Counted from the first letter of the stretch, positions 38,861-47,701 are shown. The stretch: 61,388 bases of DNA from a virus (IMGVR_UViG_3300020042_009157:1-61388); one strand, 5' to 3'. Notes: generated by a model not told the origin, from the letters alone. Numbers and translations: made by a program.

Positions 38861-39055
38861 TCAAGTGTTGTCAGTGGAAAGTCCATGTGCAGTCGAAACA
38901 TCGATTGGCTCCTGTTCTTGTGTGATGTACTGTCTAATCTGATCTCGTAGCTGTACCATACGGCCACGAATTACTGTGAGTTGTGCACTCATTTGATCTA
39001 GTTCTGCTTGTAGTACATCTAACGCTTGTAGATCACTTGGTTTAGGTTGTCTCAT
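38861..39055 (-). CDS. Small coiled-coil hypothetical protein
   Basis: ATGA overlap with the deaminase stop. Confidence 0.6.
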   Translation of the reverse strand: MRQPKPSDLQALDVLQAELDQMSAQLTVIRGRMVQLRDQIRQYITQEQEPIDVSTAHGLSTDNT

Positions 39056-39423
39056 AGGGTAATAATTCCTTGATCAGTAGTGTAATGAATTTCATGAAAG
39101 ATTTCTTGACACCACGGAAGGCAAAGTTCACACGGTCTTGCAATACGAAGTTCGCCAAATCGATTAAAACGAACGTTAAGCAGCGTTAGCTTCTTATCAC
39201 GAAGATTCCTAGGAACCTTGCGATAAGCGTCCAGTTCGGAGTGCATTTCATCAAATGCGTATCCAATAACCTTGGCCTTTGGATGAGTCTTGAAAAAATT
39301 ACGACCGGTTGCTACAATTCGATTCTTATGAAGAATAAATGAAAGGTGCTTCTTTTGACGAGGCAGTTCCATGCAAAGCGGAAAAGCCTGTTCCAAATAC
39401 TCATCAATAAGAGTGTTGGTCAT
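39052..39423 (-). CDS. Zn-dependent CMP/dCMP-deaminase-like protein
   Basis: HSE..PCELC deaminase motif. Confidence 0.8.
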   Translation of the reverse strand: MTNTLIDEYLEQAFPLCMELPRQKKHLSFILHKNRIVATGRNFFKTHPKAKVIGYAFDEMHSELDAYRKVPRNLRDKKLTLLNVRFNRFGELRIARPCELCLPWCQEIFHEIHYTTDQGIITL

Positions 39424-39438
39424 AATAACTAATATACA

Positions 39439-39579
39439 TCACTTCTGCTTAGAGTCAACTTTTTTCGCAGACTTTTTCTTCTTTTTGTTAAAGATATCAT
39501 CCCAGTTTTTGGAATACTGTTCCCAGTTTACTGGTCGATACTGATCACCTTTACCTGCATCATGTTTCCCGCCCATCAT
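39439..39579 (-). CDS. Small hypothetical protein (not in ORF track)
   Basis: MMGGKHDAGKGDQYRPVNWEQYSKNWDDIFNKK..; AAGGA RBS; GKG..RP..Y..NWD.IF pattern familiar from small phage proteins. Confidence 0.65.
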   Translation of the reverse strand: MMGGKHDAGKGDQYRPVNWEQYSKNWDDIFNKKKKKSAKKVDSKQK

Positions 39580-40339
39580 TATTTTCCTTTATTTTATTTA
39601 AAAACGGACAACCTCTTATAGCTCTTTGGTGGTCTTCAAAAACTTTTTTATTTTCACTGTCCTCTAAACCTCTTGAGTAAAATTCATTATAAGTTAATTC
39701 TCCTCTTTTAGAGGCCCATATACTCATTTCTTTATTAAATTTAGATTCAGTTTCTCCCGTAACGGTATCTGTGTCGAATGATTCAAGATAATATCTTGGA
39801 ATTGGAAAAAAACATGCTATTGGTTCGTCTTTTTCAAATTTTATTGTTACGTGCTTTTTTGTTATCTTCCAATTTAAAGTAAATGGATACGGAAGCCAAT
39901 CAGATTCTATAATTGCTTCTAAGGACCTTGCTCCATGCTTAAAATGATTTGTTGGTGCTTTTATAAAAATATTATGACCAGATGTTGTTTTAAGAACAAA
40001 ATTTAAAGCAGACCAAGTAATAATTCCATTACCAAAATGAGAACCAATACTGTTGTCTTTTATAAAATCTTCTTCTTCTTTATTTTGCGGATAAAAGTTA
40101 AAAAGAATTGCGTCTTTAATTCCTGGATCGCCATTCCAAATAGCTTCAAATTTTATTGGATTTAATATATCCCAACCAAATCCATTAGCAACACTGAGTG
40201 GTAAGCAACGATAAGCATGCCCATTATCTAAATCCATCCAGTTTCTTCTTCTGGACGGTAATTCTACTTTATATAAAGAATGTGTAAATTGTGGATCAAT
40301 CCACTTTGTTATTAGCTTATCTTTTTTTACGTCTTTCAT
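39560..40339 (-). CDS. DUF6065-family protein
   Basis: RRNWMD..HAYRCLPLSVANGFGWDI..IIESDWLPYPFTLNWK. Confidence 0.8.
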   Translation of the reverse strand: MKDVKKDKLITKWIDPQFTHSLYKVELPSRRRNWMDLDNGHAYRCLPLSVANGFGWDILNPIKFEAIWNGDPGIKDAILFNFYPQNKEEEDFIKDNSIGSHFGNGIITWSALNFVLKTTSGHNIFIKAPTNHFKHGARSLEAIIESDWLPYPFTLNWKITKKHVTIKFEKDEPIACFFPIPRYYLESFDTDTVTGETESKFNKEMSIWASKRGELTYNEFYSRGLEDSENKKVFEDHQRAIRGCPFLNKIKENNDGRET

Positions 40340-41157
40340 GATAAATGATTATAAGAACTTTCTTTAGTATTTAAAGTATAATTCGACCAATACTGCTCTG
40401 GTACTGCATTTTTTGTATTAGAAGAATAATAATGATATAATGTTGCTTCTGTTCCTGTCGTACTAATTTGCACATCATTATAATCAAATTGTATTATTGG
40501 TGCGTCGATATCTTGTAGTAATTTTGTAATAGCATATTCTTCGCCTAGCCAAATCATATGATCTGCTTTTTCTGGCTCGTGCTTATTAGTAACACACAAT
40601 ACATTAAAATATTCTTTTAGTAGTTTTTCTAAAAAATTAAATTTAAGTGCATTTATTATATTTTTGCTTATTATAAATTGACCAGTATTTAAACAAGATT
40701 CTAATAATTCTATCTTTTCACAAATATTATCGTATTGATATTGAACACCATAAAAAGCATTTAAATTAGAATATTGATAAAATAAATATTCTGGATTTTT
40801 ATTAAAAACAGTATCATTGTCAACACACAAAATTTGATCATAGGAAAACCTTTCGTTAAATTCTTTTACACATTGCCATTTATGAAAAGCTGCTTTTGAT
40901 GCAATTTTTAAAAACTTATTATATTTAAATTTTACAATAATTAGTTTAGGAAAATCTGCAACTAAATTATATTTTTCTTTAAATATAAAAGTGGTAATAT
41001 CAATATTAGAATCTATGTACAAAAAAACAGATTTATCAAAACCAGTATCATATAATGTTTTTAACGAATAATATAATTGAGAAAAAATTTGTTGATTGTG
41101 ATGGTTTTTATTATCTAAATTTGGTAGATATACAGAATATAAAATTGCAGTATTCAT
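40336..41157 (-). CDS. GT-A-fold glycosyltransferase-like protein
   Basis: K..LCVDNDT (DxD), LNTGQF, EEYA, LYHY; very AT-rich. Confidence 0.65.
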   Translation of the reverse strand: MNTAILYSVYLPNLDNKNHHNQQIFSQLYYSLKTLYDTGFDKSVFLYIDSNIDITTFIFKEKYNLVADFPKLIIVKFKYNKFLKIASKAAFHKWQCVKEFNERFSYDQILCVDNDTVFNKNPEYLFYQYSNLNAFYGVQYQYDNICEKIELLESCLNTGQFIISKNIINALKFNFLEKLLKEYFNVLCVTNKHEPEKADHMIWLGEEYAITKLLQDIDAPIIQFDYNDVQISTTGTEATLYHYYSSNTKNAVPEQYWSNYTLNTKESSYNHLS

Positions 41158-41163
41158 AATACT

Positions 41164-42171
41164 TTATTTTGTGTAATTAAATTCCAATCCTTCCGGAGAT
41201 CCTGAGTAAATAATGTCTTCCACGTCAGACTCTTGTTCAAAAACAACATCATCAATATAATCATTCATCTTAGTAAGATCTGGGAATTCCACAAGCTTTC
41301 CTTCATGGATAACCTTGAATACACCAATCTTGTTGAGCACATCACACTTATTGATGATTAGATTGGTACAACCAGAGATCCGAATAGCATCAATTAGCTT
41401 GTCTAGATTCAACCAGTTAACTAGACGCTTTCTGCCTGTGGTTGTTCCAAACTCACCACCTTGTTGGATGATCTGGTCAAGAACGGGATCATCCCAAAGA
41501 GTTTCTGGGAACAGTGGATCTACACCACTCTTGGTGTCGTAGATCTTGGCCACACCGATCAGTCTTTCAATTTTCTTTGGGGAGAATCCCAAAGAGCACG
41601 CACCATACGGCATCGTTGTACTACTAGTAACGAATGGATAATCACCATGATCAATATCAAGCCATACACTTTGGGCTCCTTCACATAAAACAGAACCACT
41701 CAAAACACCGTCCCAGATCCACTGAGACTCCATCATCTCAATCGCTCGTCGGCCTCGTCGCAGCATCTTGTCGGAGTAACATGGAGCGATACCTTGAGAA
41801 GTTGTTCCCAAGTGTGCAAGATGCTGCTTATCGTACTCAATATGGTTTTCAGTAATAATGTGGGCATTTGGTGATATCTTTACAAGACTGGTATCAAACC
41901 CTGCTGCTCGTAGGCCACGAATCTCTTCAAAAAACTTTTCAATATTTATAACGCAACCGGGACCAATAATAGATGGCTTACCAGCAAAAATTCCAGAAGG
42001 AATAATGTGTGTTTTAAATTTAGTGCCATTCACATAAACAGTATGCCCAGCATTAGGACCACCATTCCAACGACACACGTAATTGTAATCCTTGGCAAGA
42101 GCATTAGAAATCTTTCCTTTGCCTTCATCACCCCAAGCCAGACCATAAACGATATCAATAAAATCTATCAT
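41164..42171 (-). CDS. purA: Adenylosuccinate synthetase (short form)
   Basis: WGDEGKGK, GGPNAGHT, GTT..GIAPCY, EGAQ..LDIDHG.YPFVTSS, EFGTTTGRKR, NKCD. Confidence 0.95.
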   Translation of the reverse strand: MIDFIDIVYGLAWGDEGKGKISNALAKDYNYVCRWNGGPNAGHTVYVNGTKFKTHIIPSGIFAGKPSIIGPGCVINIEKFFEEIRGLRAAGFDTSLVKISPNAHIITENHIEYDKQHLAHLGTTSQGIAPCYSDKMLRRGRRAIEMMESQWIWDGVLSGSVLCEGAQSVWLDIDHGDYPFVTSSTTMPYGACSLGFSPKKIERLIGVAKIYDTKSGVDPLFPETLWDDPVLDQIIQQGGEFGTTTGRKRLVNWLNLDKLIDAIRISGCTNLIINKCDVLNKIGVFKVIHEGKLVEFPDLTKMNDYIDDVVFEQESDVEDIIYSGSPEGLEFNYTK

Positions 42172-42182
42172 AATATTTTTAC

Positions 42183-42797
42183 TTATTGTTTTTTTAAATC
42201 GTAATAATAGTGATCATCATCGCCATCAATAATCCATCTATCAGAAGTTGCTTCACATCTAAATGATTTATCATCAACTTTAAAATCTGGTTTGGTTGGA
42301 AACGGTTTAGTAACAAAAGACATATGTTTCCAATAAATTCTATTATTTGGTTGTAAAGTATAACAACCATTATCCAGTTTAATCATATGTAAACATTTGT
42401 ATTGTGTTGGTTCGTCACTATACGGGTTATCATACCAATCAAATGTCATGGTGTAATCTCCCCAATGTTCAGAACCGTCTTTCAGTATTACTTTTGCTCT
42501 GGAATTTTTTAGGTAATCATACACAATATTTGTACAATTAACAGAAAAACAATCCCACAATTGTAGATGATCCAGTGGAATACTTGGAGCAGATTCTTTA
42601 TGACACAACATGTGTATTGGTATTCTACTTCTAACTAAACCATCATCAGTTAATACAGTAAATAATAAAGCAGTATCTGAATTTGATTGAGCACCAAAAA
42701 CAGTAACTTTAACAAATTCACCAACATGATCTTTATGTTGGTACATTTGTTCTTTTCTCATATAACAATAGAAATGTGGAATATTAACATTCAACAT
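42183..42797 (-). CDS. Conserved phage hypothetical protein
   Basis: LQLWDCFS..LDNGC..QPNNRI pattern familiar from phage proteins. Confidence 0.75.
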   Translation of the reverse strand: MLNVNIPHFYCYMRKEQMYQHKDHVGEFVKVTVFGAQSNSDTALLFTVLTDDGLVRSRIPIHMLCHKESAPSIPLDHLQLWDCFSVNCTNIVYDYLKNSRAKVILKDGSEHWGDYTMTFDWYDNPYSDEPTQYKCLHMIKLDNGCYTLQPNNRIYWKHMSFVTKPFPTKPDFKVDDKSFRCEATSDRWIIDGDDDHYYYDLKKQ

Positions 42798-42804
42798 AAT
42801 TTAA

Positions 42805-42877
42805 CTCTCGAAACTGGACTCGAACCAGTGACCCGCGAGTTAACAGCTCGCTGCTCTACCAACTGAGCTATTCGAGA
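42805..42877 (-). tRNA. tRNA-Asn(GTT)
   Basis: TCTCGAA/TTCGAGA acceptor, GCGAG-CTGTTAA-CTCGC, canonical D and T arms. Confidence 0.95.
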
Positions 42878-42884
42878 AATCCTT

Positions 42885-43160
42885 TTAATCCTTAAATCGC
42901 GTAAACTTAGGATTGTTCTTATTGTACTCTAAAACCGTTTCCTTCACGTCCATATCTGTAAGTGCTTCACTAATAGTGTTACGAATAGAAAGAAGTTCAT
43001 CGTAAGAGTATCCGTCAATCATTTCATCACAGTCAGTTGCTTGAAAGCAAGCAAGAAACTTACCAGGGTTCAGAGGATCTGGAAACACTGTGATCATTGG
43101 CTTACGAACATCATCAAGACGATTCACACCAGTTGCAACAAATACATTTTGTTTATGCAT
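42885..43160 (-). CDS. Hypothetical protein
   Basis: Tightly packed ORF in the operon. Confidence 0.65.
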   Translation of the reverse strand: MHKQNVFVATGVNRLDDVRKPMITVFPDPLNPGKFLACFQATDCDEMIDGYSYDELLSIRNTISEALTDMDVKETVLEYNKNNPKFTRFKD

Positions 43161-43162
43161 AA

Positions 43163-43393
43163 TTAATCCTGTAAAAATTCACGTTGATTAGAATTTTCTG
43201 TTAGACGATTACGAGAGTTTTCGTAATCACGACGAACATTTTCTAGAATAGTACGGTTGGCATCAAACCAACCTGCACGAAACTCATCCCAATACACACC
43301 AATTTCACTAATTGCAGGCATCTCTCTGCCTTCCATTCGAGAATCATACCCGTTTCGATAAGCTTGACCGGGAACGTACTTTGGTTGGTTCAT
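43163..43393 (-). CDS. Small protein with RMF-like AYxxGY..W..GW pattern
   Basis: AAAGGAG RBS before MNQPK; QAYRNGY..WDEFRAGWFDA. Confidence 0.6.
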   Translation of the reverse strand: MNQPKYVPGQAYRNGYDSRMEGREMPAISEIGVYWDEFRAGWFDANRTILENVRRDYENSRNRLTENSNQREFLQD

Positions 43394-43499
43394 TTGAACA
43401 CTCCTTTGATTGAGTAATATTAATTCCAAATTGCATGCCTAGTAAAAACAATTGAACGCAGCACAAAAAACATGTAAAGTAAATAAACCAGTATTCCAT
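43344..43499 (-). CDS. Small membrane protein (uncertain)
   Basis: AAAGGA RBS; MEYWFIYFTCFLCCVQLFLLG is hydrophobic; overlaps the next gene by 50 nt. Confidence 0.4.
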   Translation of the reverse strand: MEYWFIYFTCFLCCVQLFLLGMQFGINITQSKECSNEPTKVRSRSSLSKRV

Positions 43500-43517
43500 A
43501 GAATCCTTTCTGTAAAA

Positions 43518-43592
43518 CACACCCGGCTGGGTTCGAACCAGCGACCTTAGCATTAGAAGTGCCACGCTCTAATCCAACTGAGCTACGGGTGT
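43518..43592 (-). tRNA. tRNA-Arg(TCT)
   Basis: ACACCCG/CGGGTGT acceptor, TGGCA-CTTCTAA-TGCTA. Confidence 0.95.
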
Positions 43593-43603
43593 TAACTGAT
43601 TAC

Positions 43604-43936
43604 TCAGTCAGCCCCAACCAGCTTCAAGCCTTGTGGTGCAACAACCTTCTTTGGTGAAGGAGTAGAAAGACCAGTCTTGAAAGACATGTATTGGGTTTCA
43701 ATTTCATCTTGTGCCTTTAGAGTCAGATACACAAAGTCGGCTGGTAGATCAATACCATTCTTTGTTTCAGCAAAAGGCATCCATCCAATAAAAGCTAGAC
43801 GACCATCTGGAGTAGGAACAAGGGCCATAGGATCCTTGATATTCCAACCAGTGTCCGTCTTAGTGGCACGGCAAAGAACGTCTTCACCTGTCTTCATACG
43901 CATAATTAGAGTTTCAGTGTTTTCCATAGTACCCAT
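43604..43936 (-). CDS. Sm-like-fold conserved T4-like protein
   Basis: MKTGEDVLC..IKDP..LAFIGWMPFAE; AGGAG RBS. Confidence 0.7.
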   Translation of the reverse strand: MGTMENTETLIMRMKTGEDVLCRATKTDTGWNIKDPMALVPTPDGRLAFIGWMPFAETKNGIDLPADFVYLTLKAQDEIETQYMSFKTGLSTPSPKKVVAPQGLKLVGAD

Positions 43937-43951
43937 AATATATCTCCTAAA

Positions 43952-44164
43952 TTAAGATTTGCAAGCACAAACACCAAAGATTTTCTTCCAAAGAGGACAA
44001 TCTTCTGGTTTCTCCACAGGCCAACAATTGCCGGGATTCATTTTACAAACAAGTTCTGAGTTTTGTAGTGCAGATTTTACACCCATAAGAACTTGTTCTT
44101 CAGTTAATACAAGATCAACAGTACGTCCATTAATATCGGTTTTAGCATAGAATAAGTTTTCCAT
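43952..44164 (-). CDS. Hypothetical Cys-containing protein
   Basis: GGAGG RBS; TATAAATA at 44179-44186. Confidence 0.65.
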   Translation of the reverse strand: MENLFYAKTDINGRTVDLVLTEEQVLMGVKSALQNSELVCKMNPGNCWPVEKPEDCPLWKKIFGVCACKS

Positions 44165-44190
44165 AATAACCTCCGATTTATTTATAAAGA

Positions 44191-44219
44191 AAATCTGTCC
44201 TTTTTAGGAGGACAGATTT
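44191..44219 (-). terminator. Intrinsic terminator after the HTH gene
   Basis: AAATCTGTCCT/AGGACAGATTT 11-bp stem with T-rich tail on the minus strand. Confidence 0.75.
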
Positions 44220-44243
44220 CCCATGACCAAACAAATTGTAAAC

Positions 44244-44516
44244 TCAGCGAGTCTTGTAGCGAGTACCGTCTGCACGGAACTTGAACATACGACGGCCCGG
44301 ATGAGTGTCCTTCATGAAGTATTGGGTACGACCGGTTGAACTCATACGAGTCTCAACGCGCCAGTTACCGAACTCTTCAACAACCTCGCGGATGTCGCTG
44401 ATGGTTGCACGGAGGTTCTGCACGCCGAAACGAGCACGAGCCTCTGCGGCAGTCAGAGTACGACCACGCTTGCTCAGATAGTTAATCACCTTGTTTTGCT
44501 TAGTAATAGTACGCAT
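44244..44516 (-). CDS. Winged-HTH DNA-binding protein
   Basis: KVINYLS..TLTAAEARARFGVQNLRATISDIR; own promoter at 44595-44622. Confidence 0.8.
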   Translation of the reverse strand: MRTITKQNKVINYLSKRGRTLTAAEARARFGVQNLRATISDIREVVEEFGNWRVETRMSSTGRTQYFMKDTHPGRRMFKFRADGTRYKTR

Positions 44517-44629
44517 AATAAAACCTTTCTAGAAATTTTAGGACATTCAGTTATTACCATTCACTGTCCTGTGATGAATGGCTTACGTTTAGTTAATATA
44601 CACCCAAAATAACGGGTGTCAAGAAATCA

Positions 44630-44914
44630 TTAAATCTTTTCTGCGATTTCTCGCACCTTCATCCACTCTGGACGACGGTAATCATCCATGGGAGGAAATT
44701 GTGACTTCTTGAGAACTGGATGATTGAATGCTTGCTTCATGTCTGCCATGATCAAGTTAAGATCTTCGATATTAGCACCGAATACACTGGACTGACTCAC
44801 AGTGTGATCAATGGGTTCATCATCAATGTAATACACTTCATGAATACCATACCATGGAGTTTCATTAGTATCATCCACAATAATACGGTAATTCCAAGTT
44901 AGTTTTCCACTCAT
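44630..44914 (-). CDS. Conserved phage hypothetical protein
   Basis: WNYRII..YGIHEVYY..AF..PVL pattern. Confidence 0.7.
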   Translation of the reverse strand: MSGKLTWNYRIIVDDTNETPWYGIHEVYYIDDEPIDHTVSQSSVFGANIEDLNLIMADMKQAFNHPVLKKSQFPPMDDYRRPEWMKVREIAEKI

Positions 44915-45153
44915 TGCTTGTATTCCTTTCGTTCCTGATCACGCTTCTCGCAAATCAGTTGCCATTCCTTATCGTCGTTTGGAAGATAAGTGGCTTCAGC
45001 AACATCAACTTCCACCACAGTGGCTCGCCAACCGTCTGGAAGAACCACAACACTGCCGTGTTTCATTTCTTCGTTCATGCGTGTAACTTCTTGATTTAAG
45101 GTACGGTTATTGATTGTGTGATTTGGTCGAACCAATAAAATTTTACGAGTCAT
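44911..45153 (-). CDS. Hypothetical protein
   Basis: Start/stop overlaps on both sides. Confidence 0.6.
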   Translation of the reverse strand: MTRKILLVRPNHTINNRTLNQEVTRMNEEMKHGSVVVLPDGWRATVVEVDVAEATYLPNDDKEWQLICEKRDQERKEYKQ

Positions 45154-45590
45154 TACTTTTTCCTCTTCCTAAACAAAGCCGCAATTCCTGCTGCCACAAT
45201 TAATGTGAGTGAAGCAGGAGCAGGCACAGCCGCCGTTGTAGTGCCTTCAGAAGGAGTTAGTGGTACGCCCAAACAAAATCCTTCTACCCGATCAAATGCA
45301 ACCGAAATACAAAACTGCTGGTCAGACATCTGGTATGTCCCAACCAGTTCACCGTTCAGGTACAACTTATATACCCAAAGACCAACCGCTTCTCCGGTAA
45401 ACATGGTATCGCTGTATGTTGCCAGCGGAACTGTATTACCGGAAATAGAACCACCAAATTCAGTGGTCATTGAAAGGGCTGGCTTAAACTGAGGAGGCTG
45501 TGTATACGCTTGTGTAGTATACGTTGATCCTTCGTATGCAGCCCTATGCGAGAACTGTCCTTGTCCATAAAATGTAGATGTAAAACCCAT
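45153..45590 (-). CDS. Protein with PEP-CTERM-like (VPAP) sorting signal
   Basis: Ends VPAPASLTLIVAAGIAALFRKRKK (motif, TM helix, basic cluster); start ATG 45590, just 3' of tRNA-Leu. Confidence 0.7.
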   Translation of the reverse strand: MGFTSTFYGQGQFSHRAAYEGSTYTTQAYTQPPQFKPALSMTTEFGGSISGNTVPLATYSDTMFTGEAVGLWVYKLYLNGELVGTYQMSDQQFCISVAFDRVEGFCLGVPLTPSEGTTTAAVPAPASLTLIVAAGIAALFRKRKK

Positions 45591-45593
45591 AAG

Positions 45594-45666
45594 TAGGACG
45601 GGTGGGACTCGAACCCACACTACGAACATTTTAAGTGTTCCGACTCTGCCATTGGTCTACCGTCCC
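45594..45666 (-). tRNA. tRNA-Leu(TAA), short variable loop
   Basis: GGGACGG/CCGTCCT acceptor, GAACA-CTTAAAA-TGTTC, 5-nt variable region. Confidence 0.88.
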
Positions 45667-45671
45667 AAAAG

Positions 45672-45744
45672 TGCCCCCTGTAGGGATCGAACCTACGACC
45701 TATAGATTAAAAGTCTACTGCTCTACCAACTGAGCTAAGAGGGC
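45672..45744 (-). tRNA. tRNA-Lys(TTT)
   Basis: GCCCTCT/AGGGGGC acceptor, GTAGA-CTTTTAA-TCTAT. Confidence 0.95.
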
Positions 45745-45803
45745 TATTCACTTGTCACACATATACTATACACCAGAAAAAGCTTGTGTCAAGTAATTCA
45801 AAC

Positions 45804-45834
45804 AAAAAACCTCACTTTTTAGGTGAGGTTTTTT
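45804..45834. terminator. Bidirectional intrinsic terminator
   Basis: AAAAAACCTCAC-TTTTTAG-GTGAGGTTTTTT. Confidence 0.85.
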
Positions 45835-45930
45835 AAGAGTTATTTGTACGATTCTGTTAGACTCTAATCACAGACAACGCTGAAGTTGTAGCACCTTCAG
45901 AAAGCTTTTATAATATAAAATAAAGTGTCT

Positions 45931-46092
45931 TTAATGATTCTTAGCAATACTAGGAAGACGACCAAGCCGCTCTAGGGCTTCGCGGGTCTTCTTCTTGGCA
46001 TTCTCAGCAATAGCAAGTTGACGATCTCGCGTAGCATTACGCTTACGCTTACGGTGCTTCATGATAACTTTACGAGTAGGTGTATTAGCCAT
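45931..46092 (-). CDS. 53-aa highly basic protein (not in ORF track)
   Basis: MANTPTRKVIMKHRKRKRNATRDRQLAIAENAKKKTREALERLGRLPSIAKNH; own promoter at 46100-46127. Confidence 0.7.
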   Translation of the reverse strand: MANTPTRKVIMKHRKRKRNATRDRQLAIAENAKKKTREALERLGRLPSIAKNH

Positions 46093-46107
46093 AATGTTTA
46101 ATATACA

Positions 46108-46359
46108 TCACCGTTTAAATAAGTCAAATAATTTATCCCAAAATCTTTTAATAAAATTTGGAAATCCTAGAGGTCCTCGTTCTAGGCTGTACTTCCACCC
46201 AGACAGATCTGTGGCCCTCATAAACTCTTCCACACTCATTCTGGAAGACTGAGTAGAAATACTTCTCCACACCTTAATTTCATTAGACAGTGTTCGAATC
46301 TGCTGCAATAGCAGTTCTTGGTATTGTTTATGAAGATCTCGGCAGTTTTTACCACACAT
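46108..46359 (-). CDS. Hypothetical protein
   Basis: TAATG overlap with the guaC stop. Confidence 0.6.
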   Translation of the reverse strand: MCGKNCRDLHKQYQELLLQQIRTLSNEIKVWRSISTQSSRMSVEEFMRATDLSGWKYSLERGPLGFPNFIKRFWDKLFDLFKR

Positions 46360-47417
46360 TATGAAAAGATATTATTAATCTGTCGGTTCACTCGTATAAA
46401 CGTAGTACACTTTGGAAGATCCTTGAGACGAGCAGCACCAACATATGTACAAGCAGAACGAACACCACCAAGAATTTGTTGCATCACACCAGCTACTGGA
46501 CCTGCTGGTTCAACAAACACTCGCTTTCCTTCTGCTGCACGATACGTTGCCACTCCTCCAGAGTGCTTCTCCATTGCTGCTGCCGAGGACATCCCGTAGA
46601 ACTCCTTGCCCTCGTCTGTCAGTTCGCCTGCCGATTCGTCTGTACCAGCAAACATTCCACCAATCATAACAAAATCTGCACCCGCTCCAAATGCCTTGGC
46701 TACATCACCGGGACAGGTACACCCGCCATCCGATAACACGTAACCACCTAATCCGTGTGCGGCATCAGCACACTCCATGATGCACGACAGTTGCGGGTAG
46801 CCAACACCAGCAACCTTGCGAGTCGTGCAGACTGATCCAGGACCAATACCAATCTTTACAATGTTTGCTCCTGCAAGAATCAGTGCTTCAGTCATTTCTC
46901 GTGTCACAACATTTCCAGCAATCAGGATATGATCTGGAAACAATCCACGAACAGTACGAACATAATTCACAAACTTTTCAGTATACCCATTTGCCACATC
47001 AATACAAATAAACTTGATGGACTTGTGCTTGTTTAGAATTCGTTCAGCCTTTTGAATTTCTTCCATGCTGGAATTCATGTCACCCATGCCCATGGTGTAC
47101 ACCACATTAGGTGGCCAGTTGATGTGATCTGTGATCCAGCCGTACATAAAGTTGTCCCATTCGACTTCTGTGTAATACTTGTGAATACCACACAGCGCAT
47201 TATATTCTGCTAGGCTGTCCGCCATTTGAAACGTGCCAACTGTGTCCATGTTGGCAGCAACAATCGGCACACCAGTCCATTCTTGTTCCATATTGTCTGG
47301 AAGTTTGAATATAAACTTGCGTGCCACATCAACCTTACTACGGCTGTCAAGATTGCTGCGCTTTGGGCGAATCAGAACGTCGGCGAAATCCAGTTTGATG
47401 TCATCTTCAATCTTCAT
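46359..47417 (-). CDS. guaC: GMP reductase
   Basis: [58 protein letters not shown]. Confidence 0.96.
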   Translation of the reverse strand: MKIEDDIKLDFADVLIRPKRSNLDSRSKVDVARKFIFKLPDNMEQEWTGVPIVAANMDTVGTFQMADSLAEYNALCGIHKYYTEVEWDNFMYGWITDHINWPPNVVYTMGMGDMNSSMEEIQKAERILNKHKSIKFICIDVANGYTEKFVNYVRTVRGLFPDHILIAGNVVTREMTEALILAGANIVKIGIGPGSVCTTRKVAGVGYPQLSCIMECADAAHGLGGYVLSDGGCTCPGDVAKAFGAGADFVMIGGMFAGTDESAGELTDEGKEFYGMSSAAAMEKHSGGVATYRAAEGKRVFVEPAGPVAGVMQQILGGVRSACTYVGAARLKDLPKCTTFIRVNRQINNIFS

Positions 47418-47461
47418 AATAACAATTTACTCCAAAAAGTCACACAGTCAAGTAAAAAACA

Positions 47462-47701
47462 TTATTTTCCGCCAGCAGCGTAATAACCAGAGATGGCAGA
47501 ACGCAGTTTAGTCATGATTTTTGCCAAATTACGCCAATCTTTTTGATCAAGTAGATACTCTTCGTACATACCAAGCACTTCAGCAGCAGTTTCGGCCAAT
47601 TTTTGTGAAGTTTTTTCGAGAAGTTCTGATTTTTTCTCTTCAGCCATTGGTAGATCCCCTTGTGGTTCTGGTTTTTTCTTATTGGATGTCAGTTTTTTCA
47701 T
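47462..47701 (-). CDS. Hypothetical protein
   Basis: Packed ORF in the operon. Confidence 0.6.
   Translation of the reverse strand: MKKLTSNKKKPEPQGDLPMAEEKKSELLEKTSQKLAETAAEVLGMYEEYLLDQKDWRNLAKIMTKLRSAISGYYAAGGK

Noticed and set aside
41164-42171. PurZ / 2-aminoadenine genome
   Set aside because: The catalytic Asp of GDEGKG is retained (PurZ has Ser), and no datZ/mazZ-like neighbours are seen.
36340-45629. ORF-track N-terminal extensions through tRNAs (36408, 43565, 45629)
   Set aside because: They translate tRNA sequence; downstream ATGs were used instead.
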